This document shows positions 48,186-60,600 of a DNA stretch of 64,000 nucleotides, piece after piece. Made by a program: the position numbers and the translations under genes. Origin of the DNA: Hydrolagus affinis (lineage: Eukaryota). The DNA lies in the NCBI GenBank assembly GCA_012026655.1, contig JAAILG010000040.1, forward strand, positions 1 to 64,000, written 5' to 3'. Below the pieces are notes generated by a model, which saw nothing but the letters and a program-made list of their open reading frames with translations, was not told the DNA's origin and did no database searches. Position 1 is the first letter of the stretch, and each line of letters starts with the position of its first letter.

Positions 48186-48385
48186 GGAGTCCTGTAGCTC
48201 AGTGGTTAGAGCACAAGGGTGAGACCTGTATTCGAATCCAGGCAGGTCAGGGCAGCATCTTGGGCAAGTTTCCTTGCTCCACCCGCCTAATAATAATCCC
48301 TAAAAAAAACTGTCAGTTCACTTTACAATATATTCTGTGAAGCGCTTTGAGATGTCTATATCAAATGGAAGGATTATTATTAGTA
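48186..48385 (+). mobile_element. tRNA-derived SINE with internal deletion of the Deu-like segment
   Basis: Head and CORE-like segment join directly to gtcagttcactttacaatatattctgtgaagcgc. Confidence 0.83.
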
Positions 48386-48734
48386 GTATTTTCACATTGC
48401 CCAATATTATTTGGCTAAAGGGTCAGTGAATTTTCTGAGCTGCTAACAATGCTACGACTTAATGATATCAATATTTACCATTGTTCCTGTCTGCGAGCCA
48501 AGCAAGAACAATGACAGGAACAAGCGGAGCCAATGCAATGGAAATGAGAAGAGAAGATGAAGTTTAGTAGTATACAGTGAACGGTACAGCTGGGCCTTGT
48601 TTAAACAAAATTGTCAGTAAGGAGTCAACCTTAAGAAATTCATTAAGAAGTCAATATGATTTCTTCATTAAGAAATGAAGTCAGCAATACGGATTCAAGA
48701 GCAAGCCCATTTAAACCCGATCGATTCTAATAAG

Positions 48735-48913
48735 AAAATGGTCATTTCAATCCATGACTGTTTGTGGGACACTTCTCCATGCACAATTGGCTGCTGCGTT
48801 TCGCCCACAAAGTACACAGTCAATACACTTTACAGTAAATTCTGTGAAGCGCTTTGAGATGTCTTGAAGACGTGATAAGGCGCTGTATAAAATGCAAGGA
48901 TTATTATTATTAT
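48735..48913 (+). mobile_element. 5'-truncated SINE
   Basis: ggtcatttcaatccatgactgtttgtgggac...gcaagga(tta)n. Confidence 0.85.
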
Positions 48914-49084
48914 CTATCTTCAGAACGGAGCACCCTCGAGATACGGTGACGGATGGCTAATTTCCAGAAAGAAATCACCACTTGGGTTTCTTAACTTCAA
49001 ACATAACTTGAGCTGGGACCATTTTGCGGCATTTCTTTATGAATTTCTTTTTTACATTTTCTCAATTCATTTCACTGAGAGACA

Positions 49085-49403
49085 CCCTGCTGTAGCTCAG
49101 TGGTTAGAGCACTCGCCTTACAAGTGTGAGACCTGAGTTCGAATCCAGGCAGGTCAGGGCGAAGCCTGGGGCAAGTTTCCTTACTCCACAAACACACACC
49201 TAATAGTAATCCCTCCAAAAAAAACACAATAATAAGATTGGTCATTTCAATCCACGACTGTTTGTGGGACACTGCTGTGCGCAATTGGCTGCCGTGTTTC
49301 GCCCGCAAATACACAGTCATTTCACTTTATAGTATATTCTGTGAAGCGCTTTGAAATGTCTAGAAGACGTGAAAAGCATTCAAGAATTATTATTATCATT
49401 ATT
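49085..49403 (+). mobile_element. Full-length tRNA-derived SINE
   Basis: Intact A box tagctcagtgg and B box gttcgaatcc, standard body and tail. Confidence 0.9.
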
Positions 49404-51830
49404 ATAACTTGGACGGCAACACTTGTCAGGTGAAGTGATCATGATTACAGACCGGCAACAAGGCGTAGGTGGGTGTTCAGTGATTTAATGTCCAACACAT
49501 TTGCAGTGCTGCTGTGTGGGTTTTAGCACTGAATAATATAAACCTGCTCCACAGTTCACAGGCTACTTAGAAGGTCATCCCTTGAAATAATTGTTAAATA
49601 ATCAATCTCCTGCTTTTGTTTCGCTTGCCTTGGAGTTTGTTGACATTTGGTTAATTTGGACGAAAGGCATTAGATGCTTCAAGGTCAGTGAGTTCAGTCC
49701 TATTAACCAAAACACACTTGCAGCCCTGTCTGAAACTTTACAGAATTTAGCGCAGAGGCAAGCACACCCACTCGCATAATTTCTATTTATTACGCTGAAA
49801 TGATTTAGCATTTTAAATAATGGATTTGTCTTGAGTCTGACATTTATTTGTACAGAACGAGAGCTTAATCTTAAAAATTCTCCACAAGAAGATTTGGTGC
49901 CATTTATTCCAAAAATTGTCTGACACTATTTCTTTGGCGCTGAAGGTAGGAATAAAATCGTCAGGGGAATTTATGGAACTGTAGCACAGATGATAAAAAT
50001 GTAGCAAATGTTTTATGTTCACTTTTAAATGAACCAAGAAATCATGGTCGTTGGTTGAAAGCTTTCAACACAAAAACACTGTAGCCAACTCTTATTAACA
50101 AGGACAGCAGCAATCGCATGAAAATGACATCTTAGATCACCTTTTATGATATGATGTTCGTCTATTTTCTACATTTGAAGGCACGGTGCTGTATCTGTTC
50201 TTGAATAAATAGCAATTGGACGAGTATCATTCGATAAAAAAGAACTCTAGCTATAAACCTGGCACACCTGTTCATTTTTTCCAGATTTCTTAATTTTACT
50301 AATACAATATTTCAAAGACACCCAAACGTCCAGTGAAGTGCCTGAAATGAGCTTTGTTCACATAAGCTGCTTAAAATTGGCTGGATGGCACAAAGCAATC
50401 AGAATTCAAACATTAAGATTTGAATGTTGGGTTTGGATAATTTAGCAGAGACGCAAAGTAAGTGACAATGACAGTGACAATGGGGAATAATCAGACCAAA
50501 CTGGGAAGGCAGAAATTCTCTATTCAGTAATCAATTAAGAATATTCTTCTCAAGTCTACTTGCCTATTGTCCTTTATTTTAATCATTACATGGCCAGCCT
50601 TGCTCTGTTGTATTCTCTTAATGAATCCCAAACCATAGTTAAAACAATATTATAATTGTTACATTCAAATCATAGTCTTATTTATATAAAGGTACACTTT
50701 GCCTATTCTATAAAAGAGAGCAGCTTATTTTATGAAACAATGTTGAAACAAAGTAGGATTTATGATGGAAACACAGCTAAAAAACCTTTTTTTTCCCTGC
50801 ATGTTACATTGAATTGTCCGCTGAAGGTATAGGAGACATCCATTTTTCATCATAATAGTCTCTTTAAAGCATCTGTTGTAATTTAATGATGGCTTAGTAC
50901 AAAACTAATTTAAAAGGCATTCAATGTACCGCAGAATGCGAGTTAAAATTACAACCACAGAGCAATTTACACTGCTTGAATGTGACATTTAATTATCTTG
51001 TACTGCCCACCAAGCCATTTCTCCCCAACCATGTGTAAGAACAGCGTTGCCATTTAATAAAAATTCAATAATATTTTGTTCTCCTACATAGCCAAACACT
51101 TCATCCTAAAGCAGCTTCTTGAAAGGTAACCGAACCGAACCTGATTGCACTCTTGCTGTTCAAAGATCAGAGTCTGTCATGTAGACTTTGAGCCCAGATA
51201 GGATCAACCACTCTCCACAAGGGTTGTAATGGCAAGTGTGTGATTCACAAAAGGATGTTCAAATAGCAAATTCCTGGATGTGTGTTGTGGCGGGCAGACA
51301 GTGGGCCATTCTCTGGGATGTGTTGAGACACTGATCTCGGTTACAAACGCAGCAAAATTAATACATGAGCCACAGCACATTGGGATTTCCTATTTACAAA
51401 TCGTTTCGCCAATCTAGGCAAATTAGACCCCGAGGAATTTGAAAAAATGTTAAGTATAATGATTCCTCAAAAAAAGTGGCTTACAATTTGGAATTTAAAC
51501 AGAGCAACCGTACACTTGATATGCCATTTTCATAACGTAAGCTATTCTCTCCTTGTATTTCATTCAATACTTATTTTCAAAAGGAGTGAAGCACTTGCAG
51601 AAACAGTTGAAAAGAACAGAAATAAGGTAAATTATTGTTTTGTCTGCACATTACAGAAAAGGCAGTTTTCTCGCACTTTCGTTATTGTGAAATGTTCAGG
51701 AAGATTTGGCATTTCAGATACCATATCTCAGAATTATCTAATGATCCAATGATTCTATGAATTACAACACATGCATATACAGTAATATCCAGTTAATGTA
51801 GATTCCATGTTACAAATATGATTGCCTTAC

Positions 51831-52010
51831 CTCCTTCCATCACAGTTATCCCTTCCTCCGTGATAAGTTTCCCAGGTCCTGCCTTGGTGCAAGCTCTCAG
51901 ATAGAACTTGTATTTGCTGCTGGTGTCCAGATCTGACACTGTCAGTTTTGTTATAGTAGAGTTTGTAATATTTATTGCTTTCAGAGGCCCAATTTCATCT
52001 GTGTCATTAA
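51831..52010 (-). CDS. chl1: CHL1-like fourth FN3 domain, second half (180 nt)
   Basis: tttgttttacag|TTAATGAC...GAAGGAG|gtaagg; reads NDTDEIGPLKAINITNSTITKLTVSDLDTSSKYKFYLRACTKAGPGKLITEEGITVMEG, comparable to CHL1 NDTYEIGELNDINIT...KYKFYLRACT..G.GKPITEE. Confidence 0.95.
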
Positions 52011-52419
52011 CTGTAAAACAAACAAAAAAGACATCACACAATCTGTAGCATTCGAGAAGAGATTTTCCCCCCACCTCCTTCGTGTCCCTCCAGACAAATT
52101 GGTCATTTACTTGTGTGATCGTGCTGTGCTGTTGTGTTTGCCAATAAATGAACAATCACTTGACAGCAAATTAACTGTGAAGCACTGAGGCTTTCTGACA
52201 TTATAGACCCTGTAAAAAAGGAAGGATTATGACATCTGTTTAATATTTACTATGTTAAACACATTATGTTCCACTTTATCATCAAGTTTGACTTGAAATA
52301 TTGCAGTCTATGGTGCACTGTTAATTGTCCTCGCCTATACTGTAATGTTATGATTCTGTATTCTGCTGGAAAAAAATGGTATCTGGCTTCCATTCTGCTT
52401 AGAAATGTTTACATAATAA

Positions 52420-52735
52420 AATGATTTGATAGGGTAGATACAGAGAAACTATTTCCTCTGCTAGGGGAATACAGAACAAGGGGGCATATTCTTAAAATTA
52501 GAGCTAGGCCATTTAACAGTTTTTCACCCAAAGGGTGGAAATCTTGAACTTTCTCCACAAAAGGAAGGCTGAATGGTTAATGGTTCCACCCACATCTGCA
52601 AGACTGTGCTGGATAGATATTTGTTAGGTCAAGGTATTAAGCCATACAGATAACAGGACTTGAGGTATAGATCAGCCATGATATTATAGAATGTTATAGG
52701 CTCGAGGGGCTGAATGCTCTTCTCCTGTTTGTATG
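52420..52735 (+). mobile_element. CR1 LINE 3' end
   Basis: tttgatagggtagatacagagaaactatttcct...agaacaagggggcat..cttaaaattagagctaggcc...gatcagccatgat...ggctcgaggggctgaatg. Confidence 0.85.
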
Positions 52736-53519
52736 TTTTCCACATATCTGTTATTATTAGTATTATTATTATTGCCATTATTATATCTGGGAATGTCTGT
52801 AAGTTATAGGAAAATATACAATTTCACAGATAGGAGTACACATGCTGCATGAAGAGTTAACAGTTGTTGTCTATCAAGGGAAAGTACTGTACTGTACTAT
52901 ACAGAGGCTGAGAGTACGAATAGTGGGCTATGGCATGCCTGGATAACCAATAAGCTACGATAGATTTCTTCACAATAGATATTCCACCTTAACCTATTGT
53001 ACCGTATGCCAATTCAGCACACAAATATCACACTGGCTTTATTTGTTTTTCAGTCATTGTATTTCAGAGGAAACTACAATGCATGTTGGTGCTCCATTAT
53101 TTCCTTGGAGTCTTGTGAAGCACTCCTCCAGTTGTCAGATTGAGTCTTTATAAAGCTCAGTCTGCGTGTCGCTACCAGGACGTGGAGAGAAGGAGGATTT
53201 CCTGTGTCAATTCAATAAAAAAAACTAAACGAATTGAAGTAAATAAAAGGCTACAGAGAAACAGCTTTATTGACTGCTGTTCTCTTTTATTTTCCTGTCT
53301 GATGCAGGCATTGTTGATTGTTTCCTTCCCCTCCTGTCACTCTCAGAAGTGGAAGAACACCCAAGTCACACAGAGCGCTGTTATCGCTGGACTGTGATGG
53401 GTTGTGCTGACCACAACATAACTCAGCAAGTCATAAACCTGCATGTTTTTGAAGTCTTAACAAGTATCAAATGTTTCACTGATTCCAACCGTGATACAAC
53501 CATCTTCATTTATAGTTTC

Positions 53520-53695
53520 CTGGTATTTTTTGAGGGATCATTATTAGGCATGTGGAGGAACTTGCCCAAGGTTTTGCCCTGCCTGGAGTTGAACCCAGGT
53601 CCCTCGCTTGTAAAGTGAGTGCTCTAACCACTGAGCACGTCCTCCTGACGTGAAAGGCGCCATACAAGTGTAATTTTGTTATTGTTGAGCTACAG
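53520..53695 (-). mobile_element. SINE 5' half interrupted in its A box by a 49-nt plus-strand L2 tail
   Basis: ...gctctaaccac[tgagc]acgtcctcctgacgtgaaaggcgc...ttgttattgt[tgagc]tacag; 5-bp duplication at 53632-53636 and 53686-53690. Confidence 0.8.
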
Positions 53696-55634
53696 CTGGC
53701 TCTCTGTGGGTTAACATTTACTGCAAAGCACCTTACCCATGTTGTCTCTTTTCTGAGAGCATTTGCAATATCTCCGAGCATCGCCACAAATTTACACCCA
53801 GCTGTAAAACCCAATTCCACACCAGCCCAAATCAGAATAAGCGTGTAAATCCAATCATTGAGTCCAAAGCAAACAAAAAATTGCCTGGTCACAAGAAATC
53901 AAATGGGCAAAACAGCATTGAGGAATCATTCATTGCTATTGTCTAATGATAGAGCTTTGTGGCATGTGTGATAAAATGTCTTTCAAGGGTCAGCAAATAT
54001 GTAGCCAAAGCAGTTATATGTCAGGCTGTCTTTACATTAGTGGGGAAACCAGGAGAATTGAACTTAAGAATAATACTGGTCAAAAAGCTTTTTCAATTCA
54101 TCGAAAGTCCTGACATTTCTCAACACTTTCATTACATAAATAGGATGGCAGATAGGTACCAGAATATCATTTTAGCACAACCAGTGATTTCAACTTGATC
54201 AAACATGCTAGAGGCTTCATTGCACAAACTGTTCATGTGTTATTCATTTGGATCGGTAGTTGTAGGTGAAAATAATAAAACACAGGGGTTTCTTTTCCCT
54301 ATATTTAGTTTGCAGACCAAAGAAAGAGGATAGAAATGTCTAGCGTGACATTGACATCCTTTTTAAAGGGTCAAGGGAAACAATACACTCACTAACAAGA
54401 GCTATAATTTTCCACTTGAGGGTTGAGCCTTTGTTAGAATAAAACGCTGCGCAACTTCCAGTTTTTAGACTTAACAATGTGTGCATCCAAGTGAAAGGTT
54501 TGAACTATTCAATTATAAATGTTTAAGATTATATTCTGATCGATACTTAAATGTGTTTGTGCTCCAATACTAAAATCCCTCTCCAAATTATATTAAAACC
54601 GGAGAGATACTCTAAACATGAGACACTCAATGGGTCTTTTTTGTATCCTTCGATCGGTTTGAAGATGTGCTCAAAGGAGAAATCATTTTGTCCATCATTG
54701 CTCTCATGTCCCTGTTATTCTCTAAACTCTCATCATTTTTCCTCTGCCTCGTTGAGTCTCAATTAATAACATTATTGTTGCTGCTTGTAGTTCATCTGGG
54801 TGAAAACATAAATCGACAAATTTAAATTAATAATCATGAGCCATGAAACCAGTGCTTTATGAAAATGAAAAAAAAAATCTTAAAATTGAATCAGTTGGAC
54901 AAAAAAGATGTTGCGTTCTGCATCATCCAAACCAAAAGCTGCGGAAAATTAAAATACTCAGAAACAGCTCAATGCCGCAAAGATGACAGGGTGGGTGAAT
55001 ATTCTGGAAGGATGAGCTGAAATGCGCCAAAGGGCCTTTTTTCATCCAATCCTCCCTCGTAATCTATTGTGGCCCGCAGCTCTCTTTTGAATCTGGATCC
55101 GGTGATGTACAGTACAAAGCCACCAACTGGCGAGTATTGATACAGTACAACAACAACAAAATGACACTTATAGTGCGACTTTCACGTCGGGAGGATGCCC
55201 AAGTCCCAGTACAAAGCGTGCACAAATTTGGAGGCTAACAACTAGTTGCCATCACTAAGCGCCTAGATTCATGTAGAAGGTGCGTCTTGTTGGGTATAGC
55301 CATCAGACCTAACATACATTCTGTGATACCCCCTCTAGCTCTGTATCACTTTGCCTGATAACAGGTGAGTATTGAGTCATTCACTATTGGAACGCATGAT
55401 TCTATTTAACGCTGACGCCAGAAATGCTATTTTACTAACTCTCCATTTCTTCATCGTTCTGACCTAAACTCAGTGACAGCAGAATTGATGGATGCAAATG
55501 GTAGTGTTTCCAGAAAACATTGTGCTGTCAAAATGAATGTTACTTTCACGTACTGATATGCACAATCGGTAATGGCATCAATGGTGAAGTTGATACAAGG
55601 TATAAATAAAATGATCTGCCACAAGTAGGGGCAG

Positions 55635-55920
55635 TGAGAAACATTGGGCAGGTTTCCTTACTCCACATGCCTCTGTTTAGCCAGCAGTTAAGTATGGTTG
55701 TTAGTCGATTGGCAGATCACTTTTCCGGGAGTAATAATCTCTTCAAAAAAAGTGCTACAGTATATTCTGTGAGACAATTTGAGATGTCTCGAAGATGTGA
55801 TAAGGTGCTATATCAAATACAAACATATCATACATTATTCATTGATTCTATTGCTTGGGACATGCTTATGTCCTCCCGACGTGAAAGGCACTATACAAAT
55901 GTAATTTTGTTGTTGTTGTA
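55635..55920 (+). mobile_element. Partial long-subfamily SINE followed by an L2 tail
   Basis: ttgggcaggtttccttactccacatgcctctgtttagccagcagt...gtcgattggcagatc; then gtcctcccgacgtgaaaggcactatacaaatg(ttg)n. Confidence 0.72.
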
Positions 55921-56175
55921 TGACATAGGTGTAGGTCTAAATTCGAGCCACTTGTTTAAATGGCATTCATTGTTTAATGAATGGCATTCATTACTCCTTC
56001 CACTTCCACATGGGCCAGGCTTGTTAGCCTTTTATCTGCAGGAGATATGATATGATGGCAACATTGAACTAGTATGAGTGGTAGATAGATACAGCTCCTA
56101 ATCTGATGGTTTGCAACAGCAGTATAAAATATGCATTGTGCTTAATGATATGGATTTGTCACCAGTAGTAACATA

Positions 56176-56218
56176 CCAAGAAGACGCTGGGAATATGCCA
56201 AGAAGACGCTGGGAATAT
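56176..56218. repeat. Perfect tandem duplication, 22-nt period
   Basis: ccaagaagacgctgggaatat g ccaagaagacgctgggaatat. Confidence 0.85.
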
Positions 56219-56330
56219 TTTAGACGAGTAGCATTTTAAAATTCTTCAGAATAACACCCCATGACAACAAACCTCCTTTAAGGTCAAATCAGGCTTTGTT
56301 AAAATTAAATGAGCGTTATTGATAAATTGT

Positions 56331-56645
56331 AGTCCTGTAGCTCAGTGGTTAGAGCACTCGCCTTACAAACGTGAGACCTGTGTTTGGAATCCAGGCAGGT
56401 CAGGTCGAAACCTTGGGCAAGGTTCCTTACTCCACACGCCTAACAATAATCTCTCAAAAAAAAACAGTAATAAAATTGGTCATGTCAATCCACGACTATT
56501 TGTGGGACACTGCTGTGCGCAATCTTCTGCCGCATTTCGCCCACAAATATACAGTCAATTCACTTTACAGTATATTCTGTGAAGCGTTTTGAGGTATCTA
56601 GAAGACGTGAAAAGCAATATATTAAATGCAAGAATAATTATTATT
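56331..56645 (+). mobile_element. Full-length tRNA-derived SINE
   Basis: agtcctgtagctcagtggttagagcactcgccttacaa head, standard body and tail. Confidence 0.9.
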
Positions 56646-56949
56646 TGTTCTTCGGGGATGTTTAAGAGGATTGATGGTCCTTGATTCCCCAGACTGCTTT
56701 CGATTTAGCTTAAAAATGGTCAATTTCTGTCCATGAGCTGTGCAACACAACCGCAGTTGGTTTTTTTCCACCAATGTTTCTGCTCGATTTCCTGCTAGAC
56801 GTCCCTCCTCTCATGTACAACTAGCTTTTCGTACCACCGGGCTGGAGTTTTACCAGAAAGACGGGTTTGAGGTATCGGGAATGGATATTTCCTGTACCAA
56901 AGCCCTTCTCTGTTACTGATGAATACTGTGAATGTCAATGAATCACAGC

Positions 56950-57600
56950 ACTGACCTTTTTAGACGATTCAAAGCCCTGCTGATAACTACCACTTATCCC
57001 CATCTACCTTAGTTTACTGCTCAGCTAATTCATTGCTCATCTTAAAATCTCCCCCTTTATACCAATAACTTTCATTGAATCACACATCTCTTGCAGAGTG
57101 GCTGGCACCAAATGCCCTCTGAGAGTTGAGATAAATGACTTTCAATGACAATACTATCAACGACTAATGTTCTTGTAATCCTCGAAAGAATTCCAATTGA
57201 TTTTGCAAGCCCAATTGTTGCCTTTATCCTTCCTATTCGAACTTTCAATTATTCTTCTGGTAAAAAGACTTGAGATAGATTTTTTTTTCCAATTATAGAT
57301 GTCAAGCTGACAGATCTGGAAATTCACAGAATCATATTTATGACCTTTTACTTAAAGATCGGGAGAAGATTTACTCCTTTTCGCATCTTCTCATACCACC
57401 CCTGTGCCCAGTGAGCTGCGAAAAAATCCCTTCGCAACCTCTCCCATTTCTACTTTTGTTTCCTTAAGTATTGTTGGATGAAACCCATCTGGTCCTGGTG
57501 TCCTATGAATATTGAAATCCTTCACTTTCTCTTTTAATGCCCATTTCTTTGCTAACCTGCCTTTCTCAGAAAGTACTAAAGCATTCTCCTTCCCCATCAT
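56950..57600 (-). mobile_element. Degenerate CR1 LINE ORF2 (RT N-terminal region)
   Basis: IHRTPGPDGFHPTILKETKVEMGE...FRSSLGTGVV resembles CR1 KSPGPDG.HPRVLKE...SL.TG.VP; RSVSLTS and VIYL remnants follow. Confidence 0.8.
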
Positions 57601-60600
57601 TCAACGTGGAGGAACATAGTGCGCTGCCAATGTTTTCTAGAGGGAAAACCAACGAGCAGTATTTCTACACAGATTTTGCCCTTTATTTTTCCACACAATA
57701 TCACTGGCTTCCTTACAAAAGCAGATTCACAAGTTTTGTGGAACTAGGCCTTCTTTTAGCAACATTCATGAAATTCGCTGTCACTCCCATCCGATCTTCT
57801 CACCCTGGATTTAGAGCTTTTGCTTTATGTTTACAGATTTTCTAACTTAATTCTTTCCCTAGATCTGTCACTAAATCTTTGTACATGAAACTAATTCTTC
57901 TTTTGTATCCTTTCGAAGCTCGAAGTTTAAAAGAGGTGACTGACCTAAACGCAGTGGTCAGTGCTATGATTCAATGCTTCATAGTATTCGATTCTAAAGG
58001 GTAGAGACTGTAGCTATAATAATAAAAATAATAATAAACCTTTGATTTTATATAATGCAGTTCACATCAGGAATTTCCATTCAGCCAAACGTCTCTATTT
58101 GTAGATGATGCCATCTTCTCTCATCCCAGCTCCTTGCTCTCCCCCCATGCTTTTCCAGTACCTTTATTTGTCATTATTGTCCGATTCCCTTATCAAATAA
58201 CGCAGCTGAATTCAACATCAGCAGCCACTTTCATCATATATATAATCCCAATAAGCTGTGGCGGACAACAAATTCTTCCGACCTCCCCCTCTATGCTTCC
58301 TGAATAAGCTTGGGTCTCAAGCCCCTTATTGTTGAGCAATAGGAGCAAATCTCATCTTGACAAAATAAATCTGTACTTGATGTTGAAGTCAATTTCAATA
58401 TTTCTGCTACTTTCTCAGCTGAGATCAACAAACTCAGCACAGGTCAGGATGTAAATCTGCAGCCTTGTGGCTTAGTGCTCCACTAGCTGTGTTTTTAGCC
58501 ACTTGGCTATCGAGGGAGCTCATCAGAAATAAACACCCTTTATATAAGCATTTTGTTTGGTACAAATGTCAGCAATGCTTTAAGGTTCATGTGCTTGGGA
58601 ACCAACCACCATGAAGCCAGCGCTGGAACGATTGCTATCAACAGCAAAGCAACTTGCCTGTGTCCTAATCTGGAGCTGGGCTTGAATAATGCACCAGTCA
58701 CATACACACAGAGTCAAAAGAAATAATTAATGTCGAAGAGGTGTTTGCTACAACATATTTTCTGTTCTAAACATTTGCAATTAATCCAGCTGGTCTGTAG
58801 GCAAATCAGGTTGCAGTGGTGAATGATTACGTAGACAGGGTTACCCATGCACACAGCTTAAGGTTACAGTGGACTTGTGAGCTCGGTAATGAATTATTCG
58901 AGTTCTTCTCCTCGAAATTCACCGGCTTGATAGAAAGCAACAAAGTCTTTGCAATCTTGCACATGCATGAACAAAGGGTAATTGGGCAGACGTGCACAAT
59001 AATTTGAGGCAAGAGTTCTGAGGGAGGACTCCACCCAAAATGTTAACCTCTCTGTGTCACGGAGTCGCTCATTTGGTTTATTTCTCATTGGGACTGAACG
59101 CCATGAGGTGATCAATCAGGAAAGACTTTATGTCTTTACTTTATGTATTCGGCGTGTAACATTGTTTTGGATTTCAGGCGATCAGAATTAGCATTTTCTT
59201 TCTTTCCCCCACCACCCCCCCAATAAAACAAAGTAGGTGCCTTTCACGGGGTTAAATCTCTCAGCGATGTGGAGCACTAAAGCAGGCACTGATGTGGCAA
59301 AAACATTGATATATGCACAGCCATGAGTCCCTTACTCCTGTCATCTTTTTAATATTTTAATACAGGCAAGAAGGCAACACAAATAGACCTCCCAAAGCAG
59401 CGATCCGACAGAGCCTGCCAAGGATTTTACAAATGCTGCACCATTCAATTTACATTATCGGTCACATTCGGCACAGAGTTTAGCCACACAATTCGAATAA
59501 AGATGAACTCCCAATTGAAATCATAAATGAATGGCTTCATATTCATTCCGTTGCAGCTTCAACATGATTTAACACTGCAGTGCCCACTAGGATTAAGGCA
59601 ACAAAAGCACCTTTACATGCCGCATTAACCCTCTGAGCGCCACGGCCCACGGGTCCACAATACCACCTGCTTTTAACCTGAAAACTATTGCCTTAGAATG
59701 TATGATTGTGGCAAGTTTTAGATATTCTTAAAGCTCAGTCTCAATTTGGAAGCCAGTTTGATGCAGTTCGTGAGACAAATCCCCTCCAAGGCCCATTAAA
59801 GCCTAAACATATGCGTTTGGTTTGCAGTTTTAAATTTTCCTGTAATTAAACTGCTCGACATTGTCAAGGCATTATTATTCAAATATTTGTTTTATTTATT
59901 TCAGCAGCGCTGCAGAAAAATTGCAAAATCATCCAGCCTAGAGAGGCAGATATTTCCTCCCATGCTCTGGAAGGAATCAGGGGCAATGATAGATACTGTT
60001 GTCACTCACAGCACCGAGTTTACCTCTCTACTCTCTGTAATCTAATTAGATAATTGGCTACCTTGAAAACACAAAAGCCTTTTAGTACCTGACTGATCAT
60101 CTCATAACATTCAATCCCACGACAAATAAGACTGTCAATTTAACCCAATTATTACAATACATCATTGGGTAAAATTGAATGTTCACTTCAAATTTGGATA
60201 AGGAAAATAGATAGTTCATACACCATGGGAATATATTAACCTCTGCGCCAGGCTGGTGGGTTTGCCTGAAGCACTAAAAGTACATTGAGTGATTCATTGG
60301 GATTTCAGTATTTTCAAAGTGCATCACCTCTCACAAAAATTCGCTCTTAAATGAGCTGACATTTAATTCGCTGCTCTCCCATACTAATTAGTTATCTTAA
60401 AGGCAGAATTGCCATTAACTCAATATTGTTTAGTTACTGCAGAAATTAACCTTTATACTGCTACGGTTTTAGTTTCTACTTATATATTCTAACCTGCGTA
60501 CTCTAATTTCTTTTTAGTGTTGACAGGTAAATGGCACCTTGTCTCAACGTGGATTATGTACTTTATCACAATCAATAATTAGAAATCCTTTCAGCAATGA

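Noticed and set aside
49085-49160. Apparent tRNA gene (A and B boxes, CTTACAA loop)
   Set aside because: No acceptor stem closure or terminator; it continues into the SINE body. The same holds for all copies.
27202-52010. Assignment as L1CAM, NRCAM or NFASC because of FIGQY and RSLE
   Set aside because: FN4, FN5 (RLMTKNW.DN.SIF.DVIETR) and TM (YAG...[19 protein letters not shown]...GGKYS) match CHL1; NrCAM and neurofascin have GGKYP, and the L1 TM differs.
58816-59115. Cluster of three short ORFs as a possible missing FN4 exon
   Set aside because: No FN3 motifs, no suitable splice sites, no recognisable homology.
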